This document shows positions 1 through 7,900 of a stretch of 64,000 nt of DNA, one piece after another (position 1 is the first letter of the stretch; every line of letters begins with the position of its first letter). Made by a program: the position numbers and the translations under genes. Source of the DNA: an uncultured Cytophagia bacterium (GTDB taxonomy: Bacteria > Zhuqueibacterota > Zhuqueibacteria > Thermofontimicrobiales > Thermofontimicrobiaceae); assembly GCA_964605145.1 (NCBI GenBank), contig CAZSBG010000002.1, positions 34,753-98,752 of the forward strand. The letters run 5' to 3'. The notes under the pieces are model-generated. The model made no database searches and had not been told where the DNA came from. It saw nothing but the letters and a program-made list of their open reading frames with translations.

Positions 1-14
1 AGACGAAGTGTTAT

Positions 15-1946
15 TTACAGCAAACCTCTTTTGAGGGCTTCTTTTTTCACCGGTCCCCAGAAACCGATGGGACGGGACATGACGTAGTAGCGCACCAAAT
101 GATCCATGTCTTCTTTTTTGGTGAGAAAAGTAACCGGCAAATAAATCATTGCGTTCAGGACGATCAAAATCCAGAACTGCAGATAATCCGGCAAATCGGG
201 AATTACGCCAAATCGTGGAAGGATCCACACCACAAGCCAGCTCAGCCCGAGATTGGCGATCCAGGCGCTTAAGTAGCCCCAGGAATTGAATCGCCACCAG
301 ATGACTTGCAGTATGTTGGGCAGCCAAACGCCGGCGGCCATAATCCACAGCGCGAAAATGAGCCACTGTGTAATTTCTTCTCCGATAATCGTTCCGAAAA
401 TGAACGATCCGATTAAAATAATGAACGTGGAAATTCGGCCTACAACCACCAGCTTTTCTTCGCTGGCTTTGGGATTCACGTAATGATTGTAAAAATCGCG
501 CGTTGCGTACATTGCTCCCAGGTTCAGTTGCGTTGAAACTGTGGAAAGATGAATGGCCAAAATTCCTGCAAACAGGAATCCCACCATGCCGATGGGAAGA
601 TATTCGAAACCGACGCGGTACCAGGCCATTTCATATTCCTTGCCGGAAGCTAAGTGCGGGAAGAGCACGAAAAATCCCATAATGGCCGCTGCCCAGATGG
701 AGTTTCGAATGAGCACAAGCGCGGTGCCGGCCCAGATGCTGTACGAGGCGTCGCGAACGGTTTTGGCGGACTGAATTCGCTGGGCTTCTGTGTACCAGTC
801 GATATTGGTGCCCATGCCAAATCCGCCGATGAGTGCTATGATCATCATTGTGATGAACCACGCCAATGGAAATTGGCCTTTAAACGTGCCGGTAAAGCTA
901 AACGGATTAATTCGCCAGGCCTGGCCATCCAAATGATTTTCATCGATCATGTTCCAGTCTGCGCCGTTATTGATGGAGTATTCCACATTCACCAACTTCC
1001 TGGTTTTGCCGGCCGTCCAGACAATGTTGTATTCTTTTTGGCTGACAAGTGTATCACCCGACCCCGGGAATAGAACCGTCAATTCGCTCCCCGGCGCATT
1101 ATTCTTCACCAGTTTTTCAATTTTATTTTCAGTGAGCTTAAATTTTTCTTCAACAAAACGATCGACAATATAAAATGGTTCAGCGCTTTTTACCAGAATT
1201 TCGCCTGTTTCGGAATCGGTCAATCGCACCAGGCCCCAGGATACATCGGTTGGTGAATCAGGCACTTTCCAGACGCAGGTGCTGTTATATTTCTTCAATT
1301 TGGATATAATCGCATCAGGCCCTCCGGCAGCAATGACACCCCAGATGGACACGATGAAAATCACCAGCAATGCGATAACGCCCTGCTGGAAATCGGCCAT
1401 GACCACGCCCCAATAGCCTGAGAGCAGTACATAAACCGCACCGATGGTCGTGAAAATGACCAGCCCAAGCCACAAATCCCAGCCGAACAGGTAATTGCAT
1501 AATTTTCCCATGGCAATGCCGACCCAGCCCAAAATGAACATATTCATAAACACCTGCCAGCCGGCAACCCAGCCGCGAAGCATTTCCGAACCGAGGCCAC
1601 CGAATCTCAGACTCTGCCACTCCGCCTGACTGTAGGCCAGCGAGCGACGGAAAATTCGCGTGGACACAAATGCGCTGATTGCGCACCAGCCGGCAAAGAA
1701 CGCATACCACAAACCGGCAAATCCATATTTGTAAACAACACCGGCCACCCAGATGGGCGTATCTGTTGCCGTATGTGTAGCATATACCGAAGAAGCTGGC
1801 AGCCACCAGGGGAGTCCCCTGCCGGCGAGGAAAAAATCAGATTGAGAGCGCTTGCCCAGGCGGTAAAAAATCGCACCGCAGACAATCATAAGTATAATAA
1901 AAAGGAATAACCAAAGCCAATCTAATAAAGCAAAAGAGATCATCAA
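15..1946 (-). CDS. Sodium:solute symporter (SSF) family transporter carrying a ~140-aa hydrophilic insert
   Basis: 643-aa ORF. SSF-type N-terminus (FFLAGRGLPWW, SVYATHTATDTPIW). Many hydrophobic helices lie on both sides of a soluble segment (aa ~215-355). GGAGGA precedes the ATG at 1943; the track start at 1946 is TTG. Confidence 0.85.
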   Translation of the reverse strand: MMISFALLDWLWLFLFIILMIVCGAIFYRLGKRSQSDFFLAGRGLPWWLPASSVYATHTATDTPIWVAGVVYKYGFAGLWYAFFAGWCAISAFVSTRIFRRSLAYSQAEWQSLRFGGLGSEMLRGWVAGWQVFMNMFILGWVGIAMGKLCNYLFGWDLWLGLVIFTTIGAVYVLLSGYWGVVMADFQQGVIALLVIFIVSIWGVIAAGGPDAIISKLKKYNSTCVWKVPDSPTDVSWGLVRLTDSETGEILVKSAEPFYIVDRFVEEKFKLTENKIEKLVKNNAPGSELTVLFPGSGDTLVSQKEYNIVWTAGKTRKLVNVEYSINNGADWNMIDENHLDGQAWRINPFSFTGTFKGQFPLAWFITMMIIALIGGFGMGTNIDWYTEAQRIQSAKTVRDASYSIWAGTALVLIRNSIWAAAIMGFFVLFPHLASGKEYEMAWYRVGFEYLPIGMVGFLFAGILAIHLSTVSTQLNLGAMYATRDFYNHYVNPKASEEKLVVVGRISTFIILIGSFIFGTIIGEEITQWLIFALWIMAAGVWLPNILQVIWWRFNSWGYLSAWIANLGLSWLVVWILPRFGVIPDLPDYLQFWILIVLNAMIYLPVTFLTKKEDMDHLVRYYVMSRPIGFWGPVKKEALKRGLL

Positions 1947-1990
1947 ATCCTCCGACTAAATGCGGTCAAATATGATTGGACGTGTGGATT

Positions 1991-2122
1991 TCAATTGTTT
2001 TTCATGAAATGACGGATGAGCATGTAGGTTACAAAAAAAGAAAATCCGAAAATAATCGCCGGAATGATAATACCCAGAATGGGCGATCCAATACGCGTAG
2101 CCATCAGCAAAAAACCAATCAT
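1991..2122 (-). CDS. Small hydrophobic protein, 43 aa (MIGFLLMATRIGSPILGIIIPAIIFGFSFFVTYMLIRHFMKNN); below the ORF-track cutoff
   Basis: Hand translation of the minus strand. AGGAGA lies 4 nt upstream of the ATG. The ATG (2122-2120) overlaps the TGA of the preceding micro-ORF (ATGA). One predicted TM helix. Sits directly upstream of the SSF transporter. Confidence 0.45.
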   Translation of the reverse strand: MIGFLLMATRIGSPILGIIIPAIIFGFSFFVTYMLIRHFMKNN

Positions 2123-2256
2123 GATTTCTCCTCTTCCGGTTTGGTTTGCGTGTGTGCTTTATTTTTTTTATAATAGATATAGGCGAAAATCATGCCCATC
2201 AGGGATGCCGCATAGGCAATTGTCATCCCAATTACAACGGCAAAACCTTTGCTCAT
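2119..2256 (-). CDS. Small membrane protein, 45 aa (MSKGFAVVIGMTIAYAASLMGMIFAYIYYKKNKAHTQTKPEEEKS); below the ORF-track cutoff
   Basis: Hand translation. GGGAGGTG lies upstream. The ATG (2256-2254) overlaps the TGA (2255-2253) of the upstream 98-aa ORF as ATGA. One TM helix followed by a charged tail. Confidence 0.45.
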   Translation of the reverse strand: MSKGFAVVIGMTIAYAASLMGMIFAYIYYKKNKAHTQTKPEEEKS

Positions 2257-2549
2257 TTGGTCACCTCCCATTTTTGAATATCTTCGATTTGCTTCAGGTA
2301 TTCTTTTTGTTTTTTCTCATATTCCTGAGAAATCATTTTCAGCTTTGGGTCGATAACCCAATACATGAGTGCAGAAAGAATAATGCCAAAACCAAGAATG
2401 ATGAAGCCGCTGGTTAGCAGAAGAAACGCGAGCGCGCTGCCAATGGTGAGGAAAATGTAAGCAAGCGCGGAAAGGACAATGGCGATCCAGTCTTCCTTGC
2501 GCCATTCATCCGCTTGTTTGGGCGTCCATTCACGACGGATAAGTGCCAT
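2253..2549 (-). CDS. Two-TM membrane protein with a C-terminal coiled-coil-like tail (98 aa from MALIRREW)
   Basis: The track ORF is 2253..2654. AAGGAG lies 7 nt upstream of the internal ATG at 2549, which makes the shorter form more likely. Two hydrophobic helices (IAIVLSALAYIFLTIGSALAFLLL, FIILGFGIILSALMYWVI). First gene of the coupled chain leading to the SSF transporter. Confidence 0.6.
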   Translation of the reverse strand: MALIRREWTPKQADEWRKEDWIAIVLSALAYIFLTIGSALAFLLLTSGFIILGFGIILSALMYWVIDPKLKMISQEYEKKQKEYLKQIEDIQKWEVTK

Positions 2550-2676
2550 AATTCCACTCCTTAAATAAGACGATAAAGTCTGCATAAATTTTGATGAAGC
2601 GAATTTATGATGAAATCGTAACAAAAAAATATTAAAATATTTTACAAAAAGCAAGAACTAAATTGAAGTGACTATC

Positions 2677-2840
2677 ACTACTTAGTCAGATTACCCATTG
2701 CTTGTCATTCCTGCACTTTTTTTTGCAGGAATCTCAATCCATTCAATTGGGAGATTCCCGCTAAGAGCATGCGGGAATGACAAATAAAGAGTGAAAATAG
2801 TCCTTTCTTTCAAAACAACTTATAATTTGACTAAGTAGTA
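2677..2840. repeat. Nested palindromic (REP/MITE-like) element
   Basis: Outer inverted repeat ACTACTTAGTCA (2677-2689 region) / TGACTAAGTAGT (2828-2840). Inner arms TTGTCATTCC (2702-2711) / GGAATGACAA (2775-2784). These enclose two related hairpins: ATTCCTGCA-9nt-TGCAGGAAT (2707-2732) and ATTCCCGC-9nt-GCGGGAAT (2754-2778). Confidence 0.55.
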
Positions 2841-5393
2841 CTATTGCTTCTGAAAGAATATTGGCGCAAAGCCGACGTACTGGCCTGAGGTGTTTTCATT
2901 TTTGGCGGTTAAGTTTTCAAGCAATAATGCGGCTGAATAACTGTACGAAATGTGATATGAATGAATCATGTAAGCGAGTTTGCTGTAATCTTCGAAATTG
3001 TTCTCGGCTGGCCGGGACAACAGCGTTTCAAAGGGAATGTAGCCCATATGCCCGTGAGGAATAATGATGAGGCGGTACCCACGGATGAGAAATTCCACAG
3101 GCTCGATTAAAAGGCGGTATAATTGATATGCAGCGGATGTGTAATCCGGGTAAATTCTGTTCATCAGCCCGCTGCGCATCTGTTCTAACAAATCGTTAAA
3201 TGTCTCGTTTATTGGGACTGAAGTAATTTCAAACTGATTTTTTGTTATCAAAAAAATGAACAGGCAACTATCGCTGGTGAAATATTCCAGGATTGCGGAA
3301 TCCGACGTTAAAATTTTCTCCTGGATTTCGCTCACAGACGGACTGCCTGTCCGATATTTCAAATTGAAATAGGCCTGAAAGTTTTGTTCGAAACGATGGA
3401 TGAGCGATTCATAATCGCGTTTCAACCGAAACAAATTATTTTGCCATAGCGAAATTTTGGTGCTGTCTGCCCTTTCACCCTTTTCAAATTCTTCGAATAA
3501 TATTTTGTTCAGAAATGAAAGCTCGATTTTCAATTGACGCTCATAATCGAGAAGACTGTCCGGAATCCCAGCAAATTTTTTCGCTTTCGATTCGATGATG
3601 GATTCATGGAGCGTGCTGAATTTCATTTTTTCGACATAAGTAAATGCTTTCTCCTTGAGCGAGTCCCGATGGGTGACCTGGTACAACAGGAAACTTGTTT
3701 GAATGGCTTGATTGTATACTTCGTGGACATCTTCGCCAAAGGTCAGTTTTACACTTTCCCATTTATAACCGGTTCGTATGGCATCGATGAGATGAGACGC
3801 AACTTCGAACGTTGAAACGGCAGCTTCCAGATTTTGGATATTCGATGTGTCAGCAAGATATAGTTCTTTGAGCGTGTTTGCTTTTGTCACTAAAACTTGT
3901 TGCAGTCTGCTTTCTTCGTTAATATTTTTCAAATCTGGATTCGAATACTGGTTTTCATTGTTGAATTCAGGGACGAGCGCGACAATAGCCTTCTGCAAAT
4001 AGGTTATAGCGGTTTCAAATTTTTTCTGTTTGATGTGCGCGTCAGCGATTTGCTGGCAGGTCTCGGCAATGAGCGGATGCTTTGCTCCCAAAACGCGGCG
4101 GCTCACCTCCATCGATTCGAAAAAGTAATGAAGCGCGCGATCAAAATTATTCTGGTCAGCATAAGCGATGCCGATATTGTTGTAAATGATCCCGACGAGC
4201 GTCTCTTCACCCTGTTTTAATTGGCGTGCAATGGTAAGAGCTTTGTTATAATGCACAATCGCCCTGTCGAAATCTTTTTTCAGCGAAAAAATATTGGCGA
4301 TATTGAGATAGCAACGAGCGATGTCCGGATTGCCCGCCCTGGAAATACGAAGATAAGCGTTGAGGGCTTTGTCATAATACTCAAGCGCAGCATCGTAGTC
4401 TGACCAATTTTTGTGAATCACGCCAAGATTATTGTAATTCAACGCCACCAGCGGGTGGTTCTCTCCAATGACAGTCAGTGTGAGAGAGAGCGATTTTTGA
4501 AAATATTCCATTGCTTTTTCCAGGTTGCCTTTTCGGAGCCAGATATTGCCCAAATTGAGATAATTTCCAGCAAGCGACGGATGATTCGCTCCCGACGTCG
4601 CTAAAATGATGGAAACAGATTTCTCGTAGCTCTCGATGGCTCTGTCATAATCCCCTTTTGTGAAATGTAATACGCCCAGGTTGAGATGGCTGTTGGAAAC
4701 ATCCGGGTGATTTTCGCCCATTGTGTGCAGCCGAATGTCCAGCGCTTTTTGGTAAAATTCCAGCGTTTTGTCGAAATCCCCCCATTTCAGAGAAATGATA
4801 CCCAGGTTGACGTAGCTATCCGCCACCGATGGATGCTGTTCCCCAACTATTTTCAGCCGAATAGATAAAGCCTTTTGATGGAATTCAAGCGATGTCTCAA
4901 ACTTGCCGTAAAAATAGTTGATAACACCCAGCCCGTGATAACTTTCAGCAATTTCCATAGATTGATTGAGGTCAGAGTCAGCTAAAACAGAAATTGCATG
5001 ATTGAAATCATTTTCAGCCAGTTGCAATTCACCTTTTTTTCGATTAATATTTCCTCGGGAATTAAAAATATTCGCCATCGCAGGATGCGTAGTCGAAAGG
5101 GCGGTATCTGCAATTTCTTTTGCGTGCTGCACATGAGTCATCGCTTTCTCGTACAGTCCCATTTTTACAAAATTATCGCTCATGCTGCAAAGGCATTCAA
5201 TAGCATCTTCCCATTTTTTTTCATTGACAAAATAAGAAGATGCTTTTTCAAAATAAAGGCAGGGAGAGTTCAGATTGTCGGTTGATTTCGGTCTTTTATT
5301 AGAAGCAATTCTATTTTCGCAATGAAAATTCACAATGGCCGGAAAAGCAATGAATATAAGTACAATAATTTTGCAGAAACTGTATTTTTTCAT
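2841..5393 (-). CDS. Exported TPR-repeat protein ending in only the N-terminal part of a CHAT domain
   Basis: 850 aa. Hydrophobic N-terminus (IIVLIFIAFPAIV). Many TPR units (e.g. YNNLGVIHKNWSDYDAALEYYDKAL). C-terminus RLIIIPHGHMGYIPFETLL...YVGFAPIFF matches the start of CHAT domains, but no His/Cys catalytic region follows. Confidence 0.8.
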   Translation of the reverse strand: MKKYSFCKIIVLIFIAFPAIVNFHCENRIASNKRPKSTDNLNSPCLYFEKASSYFVNEKKWEDAIECLCSMSDNFVKMGLYEKAMTHVQHAKEIADTALSTTHPAMANIFNSRGNINRKKGELQLAENDFNHAISVLADSDLNQSMEIAESYHGLGVINYFYGKFETSLEFHQKALSIRLKIVGEQHPSVADSYVNLGIISLKWGDFDKTLEFYQKALDIRLHTMGENHPDVSNSHLNLGVLHFTKGDYDRAIESYEKSVSIILATSGANHPSLAGNYLNLGNIWLRKGNLEKAMEYFQKSLSLTLTVIGENHPLVALNYNNLGVIHKNWSDYDAALEYYDKALNAYLRISRAGNPDIARCYLNIANIFSLKKDFDRAIVHYNKALTIARQLKQGEETLVGIIYNNIGIAYADQNNFDRALHYFFESMEVSRRVLGAKHPLIAETCQQIADAHIKQKKFETAITYLQKAIVALVPEFNNENQYSNPDLKNINEESRLQQVLVTKANTLKELYLADTSNIQNLEAAVSTFEVASHLIDAIRTGYKWESVKLTFGEDVHEVYNQAIQTSFLLYQVTHRDSLKEKAFTYVEKMKFSTLHESIIESKAKKFAGIPDSLLDYERQLKIELSFLNKILFEEFEKGERADSTKISLWQNNLFRLKRDYESLIHRFEQNFQAYFNLKYRTGSPSVSEIQEKILTSDSAILEYFTSDSCLFIFLITKNQFEITSVPINETFNDLLEQMRSGLMNRIYPDYTSAAYQLYRLLIEPVEFLIRGYRLIIIPHGHMGYIPFETLLSRPAENNFEDYSKLAYMIHSYHISYSYSAALLLENLTAKNENTSGQYVGFAPIFFQKQ

Positions 5394-5431
5394 GAACGTA
5401 TTATTGAGATAGTTTAGAGTTACGGCATTAT

Positions 5432-6220
5432 TTATTTAGCGAGAAACCTCTTTTTCAAGATAACAAAAGCCACGCCGGTCAGAAAAAACAAGGGGATGAG
5501 CCAATAGAATAATAGTCGGCTCTTTTTTAGTTTCACAGGGCTTGTGTCTCCGATGAGAACGAAACCGGCCCAATAGTAAGGAGCTGATTTTATATCACCT
5601 GCGTTTTTCAAATAGTTCAGTTTGGCTGTCCGCAGCGCTGTCTCTTTATTCAAACCCTCAGAGATGCCGGAATAAAACTCGCTCATAATGCCGGATGTGG
5701 ATTTATCGTCCACCGGCCACAGGCTCATCACAATGCCGGGACACCCTGCGTACATGAATCCGCGCGCCAGGCTCATAATTCCTTCACCGTGAATGAGTTT
5801 GCCGGTACCTGTGTTGCAGGCGCTCAGCACCGCCAGATTCGCGTTGAGGTACAGATTGTACAGTTCGTACGTGTGCAGCAAGCCATCCTCGCTGGTAGTG
5901 TCTTTTGAAGAGAAAATCAGTTTTGAATACATGGGTTCATCTTCGTTGATGACAGTGTGCGTGGCGAGGTGAATGATGGCGGCGTTGGGAGCGTATTTTT
6001 TGAAATTTTCTTCGCTGGCGTTCTCTCCCAAAAAGATTTTCCCCGGGAGGATGTTGCTAATTTCAGTGACCTCTGTTTTTGTCCAGTTTAAATCGATGAG
6101 AGTCTCCTGGATTGAATCGGTTTGATTTGTCGGGGAAGAAGATATTTGTTGAGCAAAGGAAAACCCACAAAAAAAGAGCGAAATAGAAAGCAACGAAAAA
6201 AGAAATGGAGAGAAGATCAT
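5432..6220 (-). CDS. CHAT-domain C-terminal (catalytic His/Cys) half with signal-like N-terminus and C-terminal TM anchor
   Basis: 262 aa. AIIHLATH (His). LAVLSACNTGTG (Cys codon 5816-5818). GIMSLARGFMYAGCPGIVMSLWPVDD and YYWAGFVLIGD are typical CHAT C-terminal motifs. Terminal helix LLFYWLIPLFFLTGVAFVIL. Confidence 0.8.
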   Translation of the reverse strand: MIFSPFLFSLLSISLFFCGFSFAQQISSSPTNQTDSIQETLIDLNWTKTEVTEISNILPGKIFLGENASEENFKKYAPNAAIIHLATHTVINEDEPMYSKLIFSSKDTTSEDGLLHTYELYNLYLNANLAVLSACNTGTGKLIHGEGIMSLARGFMYAGCPGIVMSLWPVDDKSTSGIMSEFYSGISEGLNKETALRTAKLNYLKNAGDIKSAPYYWAGFVLIGDTSPVKLKKSRLLFYWLIPLFFLTGVAFVILKKRFLAK

Positions 6221-6363
6221 CGACGGTTCCTAAAGGTAGCAAAAAATAATCGATTATTGGAAAAATTCGGCAACCGCATTTAACAGAATCACACGGTTGT
6301 TGTGAGGAAACTGAAAGTTATACGCAGGGCTGAAGCGGAATGTTTCCGGGCCTTGTATGCGCG

Positions 6364-7164
6364 TTATTCGTGGCTTGAAAGAAAACTCAGAATGCCTTCA
6401 CTCTGGTTTTTAAATCTGCTGTTTTCCGGAATGGATTGAAATTCATCTTGCGCCGATTCGATTTTTCCCTGTTTGAGCAGGGTAAGTCCGAAGTACCAGC
6501 GAGCCGGGTCGCTGAATTTCGAGTTGGGATTTTGAAGAATGAACTCGAAATGTCTTGCTGCCTGCTCCGGTTGTCCTGCAATCAATTGGCACACACCGGC
6601 ATAAAAATGGGCGGTTTCGTTTCCAGACTCCCGGGAAAGCAGTTGTTTCAAAATATGCAGGCTGTTCGAATAGTTTTCCAGTTCATATTCCATCATTGCC
6701 TGCCGGAACAGATTCGTTGTAGATTCACCCCGAACAAGCGGCAATGTGTTTGGGTAAATTTTGAAATACTGGGCATAGGCTCGCTCGTGAAGTGGTTTCT
6801 CTTGCAGCAGGTAAAAAGCTGAAACGAGTGCGAGGACAAACATCGCTGCGATTGCATAATAAACGCGCCGGTTTCGTTTTGCAATCGATTTCTGAGCCAG
6901 CTTTTGGTGCATGGCCCGGTGAAGATCATCAACGGACTGGCGAAATTGTGGCGCGCCGGCGCTGCCTCGAAATCCGGCGATCGCTTCGCTGCACAATTCA
7001 CAATGTCGAAGATGCGATTCAATTTCGGAATTTTCGTTTGGGCTATGTTCGTCCCCGGAATATGAAATTATTTCATCCAAATCCAGGCATGGCCGTTCCG
7101 AAGTTGGGCTGGTTATCGATAAATATTTTGATTTATTCTTCATCTCTGAAAACCTCTTTTTCAA
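6364..7164 (-). CDS. Anti-sigma factor (zf-HC2-like motif, single TM, TPR-like periplasmic domain)
   Basis: 266 aa. HLRHCELCSEAIAG zinc-finger-like motif. TM helix VYYAIAAMFVLALVSAFYLL. TPR-like C-terminus. Overlaps the 3' end of the ECF sigma gene; the alternative ATG at 7143 gives an 11-nt overlap. Confidence 0.7.
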   Translation of the reverse strand: MKKRFSEMKNKSKYLSITSPTSERPCLDLDEIISYSGDEHSPNENSEIESHLRHCELCSEAIAGFRGSAGAPQFRQSVDDLHRAMHQKLAQKSIAKRNRRVYYAIAAMFVLALVSAFYLLQEKPLHERAYAQYFKIYPNTLPLVRGESTTNLFRQAMMEYELENYSNSLHILKQLLSRESGNETAHFYAGVCQLIAGQPEQAARHFEFILQNPNSKFSDPARWYFGLTLLKQGKIESAQDEFQSIPENSRFKNQSEGILSFLSSHE

Positions 7165-7759
7165 TTAAGAGATTCTTTAAATTGCGCTTGCCGTTTTGAA
7201 TGTGACTTTTGACTTTTTTTCTGTCAAAGCCTGTCTCTTTTGAAATATCTTCATAAGACTTTTTTTCGAAATAAAATAATTGAATGCATCGGCGCTGCGC
7301 TTCGTTCAACTGATTTATTGCTGCGCGTAATTTCTCTTCCCAGATTTTTTCGCTGCTATATAGAGTATCAAAATCTTCAAATTCCATAAATTTTTTTTGA
7401 ATAAATTCATTTTTATCCGGAGTGACTTCTTCCTTCTGTTTATTTCTTCTTAGTTTATAGAGGCAAAAATTTTTTGTGATTGAATACAGCCAGCTATTAA
7501 AATTGGTCACGTCTTGAGTTTTCAGCTTGGACATTACTTTTTCGAAGATTTCAAGTACCGCGTCTTTGCTGTCTTCTTCATTGCTGAAATATTTCAGGCA
7601 GGCGCCATAGACGAGATGACAATAGCGCTGAAACAGTTCTTCGAACGCCGCCACGTCGCCTGAATTCTGGTATTCCTGAACCAGTTCAAGATCGGTTTTT
7701 TTCGTGCTGAATTTTTTGGAATAGAATTGCACTGATGATACTCCAATTTTGATTTGCAC
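7133..7759 (-). CDS. ECF-type RNA polymerase sigma-70 family factor
   Basis: 208 aa. Region 2 (FEELFQRYCHLVYGACLKYF, NFNSWLYSITKNF). Region 4 HTH (LNEAQRRCIQLFYFEKKSYEDISKETGFDRKKVKSHIQNGKRNL). Confidence 0.85.
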   Translation of the reverse strand: MQIKIGVSSVQFYSKKFSTKKTDLELVQEYQNSGDVAAFEELFQRYCHLVYGACLKYFSNEEDSKDAVLEIFEKVMSKLKTQDVTNFNSWLYSITKNFCLYKLRRNKQKEEVTPDKNEFIQKKFMEFEDFDTLYSSEKIWEEKLRAAINQLNEAQRRCIQLFYFEKKSYEDISKETGFDRKKVKSHIQNGKRNLKNLLIEKEVFRDEE

Positions 7760-7900
7760 CTGAATTCAGTATAATAAAAATTTCATTTTGATGCAAGATT
7801 TAAAAATTAATTTATGGAATATCAACCTTTTTTGCATCTATATAATGCATTTTCAATTTGATCGAATAGAATGCCACAAAATTATGTATGGAGGAGAAAA

